Shown one piece after another: positions 12,775-24,562 of a stretch of DNA of 59,124 nucleotides. Origin of the DNA: Spongospora subterranea f. sp. subterranea (lineage: Eukaryota); contig JAUGWO010000137.1 of assembly GCA_049724395.1 (NCBI GenBank), positions 1-59,124 of the forward strand, in the 5' to 3' direction. The notes beneath the pieces were generated by a model. That model was not told the DNA's origin. It worked only from the letters and a program-made list of their open reading frames with translations, and did not search any database. The translations under genes were made by a program, and so were the position numbers. Every line of letters starts with the position of its first letter. The first letter of the stretch is position 1.

Positions 12775-13916
12775 ATGGCGACATCGTTCGTATGTTTATG
12801 GTTGTTTGTGTTCGCCATCGGGTTTGCACTAGGTGCAGACATCAGGGCGCTCTCGTCGTGTGGTAACGGGACCCGGGTCGTGGCGATAACTCTCGACGAC
12901 GGTCCAGATCTCCTATACGATGATACTGTTCTGGCTGAACTAAGCGCAGCTGGAGTCCCTGCAACTTTTTTCACGGCACCACGAGCCCGAGGTTACGACG
13001 ATGACCAACTGTGCAGCTTGGCGTACAGAATAATGAGCGAAGGGCATCAAGTGGAACTGCACACCATGGATCATGGACATCTGCCGGAGATGGCGACAGA
13101 TGCGATTGATGCTGAGATGCGGGAATCGATAGAATGGGTCCAGAGATGCACCAAGTACGAACATGAACCTCGGTATTTCCGCCCTCCTTATGGAGAACTC
13201 CTCCCAGAGCAGTTACAGCACATAACCGACGAATTCGGTGAGTTTGTTTAGAAATTAGTTACTAGAACAATATTTGGTGATATCGCACTATATCTAGTGT
13301 ATCTGGCTTGTTCCTTCGTTTGGGTTCAACTTTGATTTGGACGATGTCCATTGTATTCAAAGGATGCATTTGATGCTGATCACGCGGGAATCGCTATTCA
13401 GTGAACTTGTTCAACGGTTTAGCTAGTTTTCTCAATTATATTGTAAATTTTCTGCACTCAAACGTGTGTTCAGGCCTAATCATATCAATGTGGAATGTGG
13501 AGAGTGACGATACCGACGACGAGGCAAACCTCGACCCCAAAGTACCCCATCACTGATTAATCCCCAGGATATTGCCCCACAAATGCTCAACTGTCTGGTG
13601 TCCACAGGTCGTTGCCGATCGTGTCATCCAAAGATTCGAAAAAAACGTTGGCGTGGGCAACTCGGCCGTTATTCTCATGCACGACTATTACTCCGGCATG
13701 AGAAAAAGTAACATCATCACTGGGTCACTGCAATCACAAGTCATGATCTGACTGTGTCGCCATTCTGTTACAGCTGTCCTAACCCAGGTCATTAATTACT
13801 TCAAGGAGAATCACTACAAGTTCGTCACTATCAATGAGTGTTATTCGATGTGTGACACACCAATCTGTAAAGGATCTGGAGGCCCAACCCAATACGAAAA
13901 CGTATATGTCCCGTGA
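12775..13916 (+). CDS. Secreted polysaccharide (chitin) deacetylase, CE4/NodB domain, 4 exons
   Basis: Signal peptide; TLDDGP, HTMDH, FRPPYG, WNVESDD, VILMHD, YKFVTINEC. Introns ~13238-13473, ~13542-13607 and one ending at 13773. Stop TGA 13914-13916. Confidence 0.9.
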
Positions 13917-14419
13917 TGACTCGGCATCGTCCATCCAGTTGGCCACCAATCCAATCATTCAATAAATTTTTCTCTCACCAATTCTGTTGTGGACGGTGTT
14001 ATGTTCGATACCAACGAAAGTCGATTTCCCAAGATTGACAAACATCACAAACACATAAAAGCGAATCACGACAGCACCGAACGTTTCCAATTATCCTGTA
14101 AAGTCCTGTCAAACGGTTTTAACGGTAAAACGAAAGAGGATTCTTCTCTTCTGGCAGTACACCATCATCTGGCTGCAGCGATGAGGGAGTATCTTCGCCC
14201 TATTTGACAATGAAGTCGTCTCAAATATTGGCCTTAGACTGCTCATCCAAAATCGGTCCAAGAGCTAAAATCTGCCTATAGGGCATATTTCGCAGAGCAT
14301 CCGCGCGGTTTTGAAAAATGACCTGCGAATATGCCCTGCTTTTCAAGTCGCCCGTTTAGAATCTGCATTCCGTTATTTATCATAAACTCGTTACCCAGCC
14401 CATCAAGACGACGGGAAGG

Positions 14420-15760
14420 GAGAGATCGAGATGTTGCACAGGAAGTGCGACAATTGGGTGAACTACGGGCGCAGAGCTCGAACGCTGGTCCAAAACTGGC
14501 GACCCCAAAGAAATTCGATGGGAATCGAGCCAGCTTCCGTGCCTTCTTCAATCAGGTAAACCTTTTGGTGAATCTTCCGTCAAATAGGCATTGGTCCGAC
14601 ACAGACCGGGTCGGTTTCCTGGTCAGCTTATTGAAGGGGCCTGCACTGGACTGGGTATCGCCTTTGATGGAAGTGAACGATGCTGTTTTGCACGATTGGG
14701 AGCAGTTCACACGACGGTTCAAACTTTTGGACGATCCGGACCGCACACGTTCGGCGGAGACCAAGTTGGAGAGCATTCGTCAGGGGCGGCGCTCAGCGGC
14801 GACTTATGCGGCCGAATTTCGGATGCTCGCTGTCGACACAGCATGGATTGAACAAGCCAGGGCTCATCGTTTCAGGAAGGGGTTAAATGAAGACGTGAAA
14901 GACGATTTAGCAATGGTTCCGTTACCTGTAGACCTGGAGGATCTTATCACATTGGCCATACGTATTGACGCTAGGCTGGAAGAACGGCGTCAGGTGCGAT
15001 CCGGGCGAGGTGAAGCGCGCTATCGTTTTGCACCGCCAAGACAAAACGAAAACGCTTCAATGATCATCGACGCGCTCGAGCACCAGTTGTGTTTGTATTG
15101 CGGAGCTTGGGGCTTAGTATTGCGGGATGTGATCGCCGGAAGCAGGGAAATGCTGTAGGTCGCGCTGGTCGTAGGGCGTGCCAGGTCGACCACTAGCAAT
15201 ACATTTGAATATCAAGCAACACCGCATGTTTTCCCAACACTATGTATTTCAGCAACATCTTTAGTTCAAAAACAATTCTGCAACACCATTGGGACCCAAA
15301 ATTACCCAACAAAGTCCCCAGTCTGAAAGTTGTTTGTCGAGACAGCATTCATCGATTCAGGATACGACGATCATGCAACATTGTTCGAGGTCGAGCAAGT
15401 GTTAGACTCGAGAGTATTCAGGGGCCAGCTACAGTACTTAGTTCATTGGAAGGGTTATTCCACGTCAGACCGGTCTTGGGAGCCAGCTCGGATTTTAGGA
15501 GCAGCAGATGCATTAAAGGAACATATCCTGGAATTCCACAAGAATCAACCCAATAAGTCGGGACCTTTACGGGACCGGGGAGATGAAAACAAGCAAAGGG
15601 AAGATAATGTCGGGAATATTCCAGGCAATATTCCTGTCAGTTACGGCGTGCGCAGTCAGGGGTAGGTCATTCTGGATTACCTCCAAATAAAGAGTGTAGA
15701 TCTGTGTTATCCGTTGATTGTCGTCGCCGTTTCCTGTTCCTGTTCCCGGTGTTCGTAACA
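14420..15760 (+). mobile_element. Internally deleted Ty3/Gypsy chromovirus: gag + chromodomain + PPT + 3' LTR
   Basis: Gag PKKFDG...LLKGPALDW...QGRRSAATYAAEF...FRKGLNEDVKD...LCLYCG. Chromodomain FEVEQVLDSR...YLVHWKGY...SWEP. Purine tract, then TGTCGGG (15608) to CGTAACA (15760). No RT/IN seen. Confidence 0.85.
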
Positions 15761-15957
15761 GTGCTCCGAACTGTCGTTACTGCCGTTGTGTACACCAGGA
15801 GGCTGCGGTAAACGCATTGTACGCGGCTTTTGTTCGGAAATAATGGGAGCATTGTGCATGAATGGCACAATCCAATGAGCAGGTGAGACGATGTACTCTA
15901 TAGAAAAATCATATAATCAGACAATGTCGACTGCCCGATAGCACTTATTCTGACTCT

Positions 15958-17214
15958 TTATTGAACAATTGGGTTACAAGTTGCCTGCTTCGCTGCCTCA
16001 ATTGTCTCTGTTGCGCAGCATAAATACTCGGGCAGTCGACATTGCTTGATTAAATGATCCTTGTTTACGTGTGGGATCCGATAATTGTTTCCACCTCCGC
16101 ATTTCATAGTTTCGTCCATGCACGAGTGATGAGTTAAGAACACCTTCTTTAATGTATCCTTATCGAGCTCGTGGAAAGCTTCATCAACGGCAGCAATGAG
16201 TTCATCGATCGTATTCATTGCTTTCGTGTGTTGCAAAGCCTGGATTGCATTGAAAAAACCAAGGTCAAGAACGTTATTGTCAGGACTGTTTGGTGGCTGA
16301 CATGTCAAGCGAATATTCATGCCCGTCGCCTTGACTGCCTGGTTGAAGGCGGTATCCAATGGGCTAATATGCGGCTTGGCATTGTCCTGTTGTATCACAA
16401 CGGTCACGCTTTGATCGGAATTGGGCCATTTACTGCGACTCGCTGGAATAACTTTTTCAATCATCAATTTGGAGTACTGGATTTTGTTGACAGATTCAAT
16501 ATTTTTGGTTACCAAAGTGTCTGCTGGTCTGTTTTTACTTCCTCGCTTGGCAGGTTCTTGGTCGACAAACGGCCAGATCCTGGTTGAATCCCATCTAGGT
16601 TTAGCAACAGCGGCAAGAAACATAACCTTATCAATGAATCTCTTGCTTTTGCAAGTACGGTGTGGTGGTTCTTCATCAGCGGCCAAGTAGTACCTGGCAG
16701 ACGTCTTGGAAATATTGGACCACTTCTCGTCGACATGAACGTGATCATACATATCCTGGAAGTGTGGGGCATCAAGAGCAACACTTCCTTGATCCAACAT
16801 TGACAAGCAATACTGGAGTCGAGCTTTTTTGTTGGCGTCGGTCAGGAAAGGCTTCACAGCATTAGTGTTCGGCTTTACAATCCCCTCCTTGATACGACCA
16901 TGCAAAGTGGCCACCCAATGTTTAATGCATGCGCCATCCATCGAATGTTGCACCGAAGCCTCAAGGGGATCGTTGAATCTCAGCTGAACCTATGGCATTT
17001 CGTTTCCGTCTATTCGAAAAACCTTCCGCGTTATCAAGAACTCGGTTGCAGCAGCTTTCATAGCGCCATACCGGAGGTTTCCATCAACCGTGCGTTCAAG
17101 CATAAACTCGTAAACATTTCGCCGTTGTTCAGGAGTCAGTTGTTTGCCCTTACAACCAATCCTTCTGTTGTCCAAGTTCCCATTGTCTTCCATTGATGCA
17201 AACCGGTACTCCAA
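15958..17214 (-). mobile_element. Tc1/mariner transposase, plant-mariner DD39D type, disrupted N-terminus
   Basis: HVDEKW, KVMFLAAVAKPR, QQDNAKPH, QPPNSPDNNVLDLGFF (39 residues between the last two Asp). The N-terminal part lies in a different frame (16990-17214). Confidence 0.9.
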
Positions 17215-17357
17215 ATATTGTCCTTAAAACTAGCAGCACTCGGGAAAACATATCTCACCGACGGTGAGCCCGCCAATGCAAACCGGTACTCCAAATATTG
17301 TCCTTAAAACTAGCAGCACTCGGAAAAACATATCTCACCGACGGTGAGCCCGCCAAA
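17195..17357. repeat. ~80-bp tandem duplication at the mariner 5' end
   Basis: atgcaaaccggtactccaaatattg...ggtgagcccgccaa occurs twice. Confidence 0.95.
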
Positions 17358-18161
17358 AATGATTGTTACAGGCTTGGAAAGCCAGTGCAAAAACCTTTAT
17401 TTATGGGAGCAGTGAATTCACTGGCTTGATTCACTGGCCGCACTTTTTCAAGCCAGTGAATTCAATATCTTGGTACAGTATGAGCAGTGAAATCACTGGC
17501 TTACTTCGCTGGCCAGATTAACCTATCGGATCAATCGGGACCTCCGCAAGCTCAAGAAGAGAATTTGAGGATTTGCGTTGGAGAAATTATTTCATTTATT
17601 CCTTCAGCATCACAAGCAGGCCGTTAGTGACATTAGAACGTCGTTGAACGTACACAGTTTATGGTATGGTTACCGGTCGTTGAACGTACACAGTTTATGG
17701 TTACCGGTACACACTTTCTAGGACACAAGCCCTCCTTCGTTCATCATTGGAGATGTTCATCCTATTTCGATCGGCCTGGTTAGTTGAATTGGGTTCTTTG
17801 CTTCCCATCATACTGATCAATGCAGGGAACAAAGAATCGAAAAGTGTGTTAATTCCTCTTTATGACTTTCAGTAATTGGTGTTGTCAAAATGTTTTCTGC
17901 GATCAGTTCTGAGCAAAATAAGTTGGGTGCTTGCAATATCTCAACTTGTACACACGGCTATAGGTGTTGCTCAAACATTGCCGGTGTGTGGCCAAACTGC
18001 CGGACAGATCATGTTTTGTTATCGAAATACTACAAGGCTTAATGACATTGGAAATAGAATGTAATCTGATTTAACGCAGCTAGCATATATGCGTATGACT
18101 AAGGCCTTTTTGAAAAGCGCTTATGATCAAAGATAGCAGACAAAGACACAAGAAATAATTT

Positions 18162-19386
18162 TCAGTTTATCTCCGGGTTTTTGACGTAGAAAACGAAAAA
18201 AGAAAGTGGTTTACGCCCATTGGTGATCGGCGAGATAAGTACAGGCCTTCCGCCATTATCAAGATCATTATAATGAAACCAGCCCGGTATGGGCACATCA
18301 GCTCGTAGTATATGAGAGTAAAAGTGCATACCGGTACGTTGTGTGGCGCTAATGCGCCCTACTTGCGTCCATTTGCAGCCACCAACATTCAGAATCAAAT
18401 TACAGTTAATTTCCGCTGACATCAAATCTTGCGGTAATTCGACGAAACATGATTTTGTCCGGTATCTTCACCACACACCGAGCATCTTTTAGCAACACCT
18501 ATAGCCATGTGCATAAGTTGAGAGATTGCAGGCACCCATTTTGCTTATACTTGATCGCAGCCTGGATCATAACATCTTCTGTCTGTCTCCTCGTACGCAC
18601 CGTCGTTCATCAATACATCCAAGACCGCCTGTAAGAATGATTCGGCTGCCTGTTCGACCATCCACTCAGTGATGTACTGAAAATATCGATGCGGTCAAGG
18701 AAAACAATATGGAGAATTAATCAGTGCTGCATACAAGGATTGGCCACATTGTCAAAGCAGTTCTCAAGCTTGGTTGAACGTGATTGTTCCAGCAAATCAT
18801 TTTACGCTATATCAGCCATGACTTAGTTACGATCAACGTATAATGCCTACGATTCAAACCTGAAAGATTGAGATCAGCATTTTATGCTGGGCTACTACCT
18901 TGACGATTGCCAAAAGAAAACCTTGATGACCATGCGAATATTCGATCAGATCATGCAATCGCAGATTCGACGCAAATCCGCGTCCAGAGCCACACCGCTT
19001 GACAGGATGTTCAAGCGTTGTGTCATTCACAATGTCATCAACGAGGAGGTCGTCCGCGGACCTTTTACCCAAAACACCTCTTGCTTCTAGAATCAAGGGC
19101 TGAGGAAGGTCCGCTCTGACAGTTTCTGATTGTTGGACAGGATTCAGTACAAATTTTCTGCAAATTACAGTAGGTTTACCAGAATCTATTTTCGCTTTTT
19201 TAGAAGCAGTGATTTTTCTGGGCAGTGTTGATGAATCGAAAAGGGCATGAAGATTGGATTATGATCTTTGACAGGTTTTCCTGTCACTTTGTACCCGTCC
19301 AGGCCATCATCAAGTTCAACGAGTGCCTTAGCCAACCAAGCGTCATGTTCTGGACCCCAAACCGGTGGGTTCTTAGTTCTGCCCAT
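18162..19386 (-). pseudogene. Degenerate gene with a USP/C19-like His box at the C-terminus
   Basis: TGMHFYSHILR...GWFHYNDLDNG (18162-18425) resembles the USP G-x-H-Y/F...W..(Y)ND motif. Upstream - strand ORF pieces start MGRTKNPPVW; linkage between pieces is inferred. Confidence 0.4.
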
Positions 19387-20069
19387 AGGTCGATGTTTTA
19401 TCGTAATAAGAAATTATAGAAATATAAGGAAATCTTGTTTCTTGGGATAGGCGGCAAGGTCCTCGCGCACTAAAAAGACAGCATTGACTATGTAATGTGT
19501 CAATTTTGGCGGGATAATGAGCTGACTGTGTCAATTTAGGTTTGGCGGGCTTATGAGCTGATTGAAGGCGACACTGCGCACGCACTTTGTTGTCCGAAAA
19601 GTTTAAAACGTTTTCAAATTTGTTGTCGAATTTTATTCACAAAATAACTTAACCAATAAGCTTTTTTTGCTTACGCAAAAAAAGTCGCTAGCGATGCACC
19701 CACTGTCGCGCAGTTTCAGGGTTCCCAGTCACTCACTTTTGATTGGATTTTTGTTAGTTTTTGTCCGTTCGCTAAACCAAAGTAGGAAGTAAAAAAAGAA
19801 TCTTGGCATTGTTCACATTCAGATGATCTTTCCATGATTGGGAACTTTGCGCGCGTCTTTTCTCCGTCCCCATGGCGGATATGAGCACATGATGCGTGCC
19901 CCCATACGAGCTACCGATTGTCTCGACAGATTTAGTCATATTAGCGGTATTGGACAAGCACCCGTGGTATTGGGACAATTACCATGGTATTCTTTTTACC
20001 TCAATAATGCAATCAAACGCGCCTACGCAAAATATTTATTGTGGTAATCGACAATACCATGGTAATTCC

Positions 20070-20285
20070 TTTCGGCTGGCAATTCGCTTTGGAGACGCCT
20101 ACAAGAATGGTCTTGAAGGTCGAGTAGCTGCTTTCGCTTGCAAACAATACAAGTCACAACGTGGAATACCAGCGGACGTCATTGAAGACCTGAAGAAACA
20201 ATGGGCGGAAAAGAGTGGCCAAAATTCATCATCAAATTCCAAAATATTTTACAACTGTGTTCAATTTCCTCTTCGCATTTTTTAG
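20070..20285 (+). mobile_element. C-terminal fragment of a fungal-type Tc1/IS630-like transposase
   Basis: RFGDAYKNGLEGRVAAFACKQYKSQRGIP resembles the C-terminal R-x-MDAYRxGL..A.FA.KKYKSHR motif of that family. Confidence 0.55.
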
Positions 20286-21355
20286 GTTTACTGTCGAATT
20301 TTATAAGTTGCGACGTACGCAGTTATATGATGCGTTACACACGCAGCTATAAAGATGCGTACGCACCTTTTGTACGCAAATATTTTCACCACTGGCCAAT
20401 TTTCAAAAAGGTGAATTTTCAAAGGTGAACTCCGCACTGAGTTTTTGACTTATTATGACAAAATTTGAATCGTCAAATTGTTGGTCTCGGTGATATCTAT
20501 GTGTTAACGCGATGTTCAATACCCGGCTTAATGTAATGCGGCCGTTGACAATTCCGTGCCAGCTGCCATACAAAAAAGCCCTTGGAAATTTGTCGAGACT
20601 AGATGTCCCGCACTGTAGCAACGCTATCAAAGCCATCGTAGCCAGGCGGAACTCGCGGCCTGGGCCTGGGGTCTTGGAGCTGATCCGGAATAAACGATTC
20701 ATTCTGATTACCAGCCAACAAAACTCGTGTCTGGTTCCGTAGACTGACGATTGCTATAAAGAATTCTTTATATCATCAATGAGTGGCTCAATTGATACAA
20801 ACTTCAGGAAGAACTGTTGCACTCTTTGAAACTGGAAAAAAAGACACGATGAACTCATACTATCGTGCCTCTCTAGTGTTTTAACGGAACATGACTCCAT
20901 TGTACCTGTTTTAGTATCTATGCACAAAAGGCATCAATTGCGAGGATTGACAGGCTTCTCTTGGCCCGATTGGTCAAGTTTTTGCATGTTTTCCAACTGG
21001 CGACGAAAGCATTAGAATGCTTTGTGACACGCACCAATGATTTACAGCTGTCGATAAGTTCAAGAATAGACGGAATCTTGTCGTTAAACCTGTAGTGAGG
21101 CGCGCAGCAATTGGTTCAATTGTCCTCTTTGCTTTGCTGATCACCCAAGTATCCACTGTGGCCAACTTATGGTCGCTGCAGCCTGCAGTGTGTACCACAG
21201 TCCACAGTAGGCGGAAGTCCACGCGTCTACAAAAGACACGTCCGCACAGTAGGTGCTCAAAAAGTGCAAAGTGATCAAAAGTGATTACCATTTATCACAC
21301 GCCGTTCGTTTCTGGCGAACGGACATCATAGCGCGAGAATTGGCGGCGCTGTCAG

Positions 21356-21699
21356 GTTGGCCGGAATGCAGAGGAACCATCTGGTAAAGTTCCTGGAGGA
21401 GCTGGAAAGGTACGAATTGCATCTTGCTGTGTCGGATCTTCCAGCATCAGCAAGAGACGCCGTCGGCAATCCTCGAACAAGCTCCTGCTTGATCCAGTTT
21501 CGTACCTCGGTCCCAGTCACAACCCCTGGATCCCTATCCAGTTCGTGTATAGCGATAACGGCCAGGTGCTCCGGCTCGATCATCGTGACGACGTCTCTTG
21601 CTGTGTCGGACCTTCCAGCATCAGCAAGATGTAAATCATATACTTTACCAGATGGTTCCTCTGCATTCCGGCCAACTTTGGCGCTGCTATGGTTTCCAT
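21356..21699 (-). mobile_element. Scrambled/foldback fragment of a Gypsy gag N-terminus
   Basis: Reconstructed METIAAPKLAGMQRNHLVK...VVTMIEPEHLAVIAIHEL..VTGTEVRNWIKQEL aligns by eye with the gag start at 52228 (EPIEAPNL...SIEPKLLQVICEL...VTDDHLELYLKKLL). 35-bp inverted repeat at 21356-21390 / 21642-21676. Confidence 0.6.
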
Positions 21700-22708
21700 G
21701 ATGCACCAGCTCGACCTCGGACTCGCTGACCATCACCTCCCTTCCCATTCTGATAGTTGATAGAGCTCGCCTCCGGATCGTCACCCAGATTAATGGGGCT
21801 CCCAGAACCCACTTCAGCATTCTCCTCATCAACAATCATTATAACAGTCATTATGCAGACGCAAACGCGAATTCAAATGCAGATGCAAATGTATTTGCAG
21901 AAAAGATCTTTATAGCAATTCTTAATCACTAGATACATAGATTTGAATTACTGACGAATGCCTTGGCCGTTTAACGCATTTTTAGGATGCAGACGTCAGA
22001 TGTAAGGCTGAGTTGGAGAAATATCAGTTGCATGAATTCGCTTACTGCTGATTTTAAAGAAATATATCAGTGACATCTTGCTGTTCGAAACATGAGAGTT
22101 TTATGGTTGTTTTCTTTCTCTTGGTATCAACCCTGGCTCGTCGTGTTTCTACGTTTTTCCGCTGATCTTCCAGCGCCGTCGTTCCGACATATGCAGCGAT
22201 TGTGCGGTCGTCAAATTTTTTGTTCTTTCACGACTAGTACTGGACATTTGTGGCTTTGGTACTGTAGTCCTCAAAAATTGATTGTCCTCCCATTGCTCTG
22301 CCCGCAATAATGAATTCGCCAGTCTCTTGTCACGAGAATTGGGTCTATCGCTATTAGTCATGAAAACCACAAGATTTCATGATATACGGCGCCGAATTTG
22401 TTGTATCCCCGCGCGTTCGTTGTGAACCCGATTCGGTTAAGAGACTGAGTTAGAAATACCCATGATCCGACCCTATTTTAAACAAGTTTTTTTTTGGAAT
22501 TTTGCGTCTCTGTTCCATTTCTCCCGCGTTCTGTTTCGGTAAAGGCTTTTGCGCTTTACGGGTCGCTCAGGCGTTGGCAGTTTTCGATCGAACGTCGCCC
22601 ACCCGTCACTGCTACAGATCATATCACACACAGCAGAACCCGTTCACCGAAGAATAATCCAGAAATTGCCCCATGATATAACGGGAATGTATCAAAACAA
22701 ATATGCAG

Positions 22709-24562
22709 CTAAAGTCGGGCGGAACACGAGGCTTGCGGGATGATCGCGCCATTTTGGCAAACGTACCCGTTCGGTGCCTCAAAGGTGCCCACCGGGGCAA
22801 CGCCATCGCAAAACAGGAAACGCGTCGAGCATCGTCCAGCGCATCGGAACTGTTTATCGCCGGTTTGGCACACCTGGGTGGCAATGTCGCCACATTTCTT
22901 GCCGGAACAGCGTTCATCTGTCGCGGACGTGATGCTGCCGGCGATGCAGAGCGTGCCGGGGTTGGTGCTGAAGTCGCCCAACGACGCTCCGCTCGAACAG
23001 AACTGGAACTTGTCGCAGCAGTCGCCGGGATCGCAGACCACCCCCTGCGTCACTCCCGAGCACTTGGATGTCGTGGCAGGCGTCGCCGGAGGTGCCACGG
23101 TTGATTTGACCGGGACCGGCGTCGCTCCATCGCTGCAGTGATCCTCGGTGTTGCCGCAATATCTACATTAAAATTGCTCAACAATCGCCCAACAAGGTTC
23201 ACCCCCGGCGGTACCCGTATTTGGAGCAGCAGTTGCCTGGCAAGCACGTGGTGCCGCCGAATTTCGCCCCACAACGCCCGTCGGATCGAACATTAGCAAC
23301 GATTTCTACCGGGGCCGTCGTCGGAATCTGCGGTGGCGCTGTGGCCGGCGCCTTGGTCGCGCCACAGTAATCCACTCCGACACCGCAATACCTAGAACCA
23401 ATCCTCGGTGGACAAGACAATTCTCCTCAGCGGTCGCGATGGCGTACCCGTATTTCGAGCAGCACTGCCCGGTCGGGCAGCGTAGGTTCTGAAAATCGCT
23501 GCCACAACGCTGTTCGACAGATGGCGGTGCTGGGGTGGTGCCACCACCACCGGGAGCCGATCCTCCCGTTCCCTCCGATGTGATCACGCCCGTCTTCGCC
23601 GACACCCATGGCATCTCACTGGACGACGTCGGGATCGGCACCCCCGACCTCGTTGCCCGAGTTCGGATACGGGGCGTTCAGACACGGCTCGTTGACGCAC
23701 ACCCGAAGCTTGCGGGTGTTGCTAAATTTGCACACGTCTTGGTTCGGGTGCTGAAATGGGAATCATCAGCGTTGATGCGAATTTAATGGGGGAAATCAAC
23801 AACGCCCACCGATATGTCTCCGCCCACGAACTTGGGCCGAAGGTACGCCCCAGTTGGCCCGCCCTTGATCTGGTAATCGGCGCAGCTGTAGAAGTCGCCG
23901 AGGATGACCGGGCTCGACAGCCCCCCGAACCACTGCCGACACACAATGTTTCGATGAACTCGCCAGATGCCAGAGCGTTTGTGTGGGATCTTACCGCCCA
24001 TTGCATGGTGACCCTGCCGTCTTTCAGGTGCAGGGGAACCGTAATCACGGTTTTACACGGGTTCGAGCTCCCATCCTGTGGGTTGTTGTCGCCGCCATTC
24101 AGGAACGTCGACGCCGATCTGCACCCGGGCTGCTGTTCATGGCATGAATACTGCTGGACGCCTTTGTCGAACGCGATGTGGCTATCGGAGTCGTCGAACG
24201 ACGTCCACGCCACTCGAATAAACCCGCCAGCGTGGTTGTTTCTCGGCCATCTGAGAACGGGTTCAGAACGTTGCCGTTTGGCGTAATTTGTGTGCCCAAA
24301 GGTGCTCACTCGACTGAAATCGTGTCGCCGCGCTGGGCTGTATGGATTTCGCCTGCGACGAGCAATCAATGACCCGAAAGGTTCCCGATCGCCCATTACC
24401 TAATCGCGATTTCGGGGCATCACAGGGCCCAGTACATGATGGACCGCGACAGCCGGATTGTTCGGCCGATTCGAAGCGGGACGTGGGTCTGGTCATGTAG
24501 CTGTGCGATGCGGCCAATGGGATCATGATCGCCATCAGCCACGGGATGGCAATCATCGTCAT
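22709..24562 (-). CDS. Secreted multidomain protein: N-terminal His-brace LPMO-like domain + two CBM18/hevein domains + Cys-rich C-terminal modules; ~7 exons
   Basis: Signal peptide ...IPLAAS|HSYMTRP. Spliced domain ...QRGDTISVEWPRNNHAGGFIR...TMQWAWFGG...DFYSCADY. Hevein motifs RCG..F....C..G.CCSKYGYCG twice, Pro/Thr linkers. Introns at 24399-24353 and following. Confidence 0.85.

Noticed and set aside
14279..14337. Short inverted repeat AGGGCATATT(T)CGCAG as a MITE
   Set aside because: Under 60 bp, single copy in the window, no clear TSD.
22703..24372. + strand ORFs overlapping the LPMO-like gene (likewise those opposite DES1, ERCC1 and the Gypsy ORF)
   Set aside because: Antisense shadows of GC-rich coding sequence.
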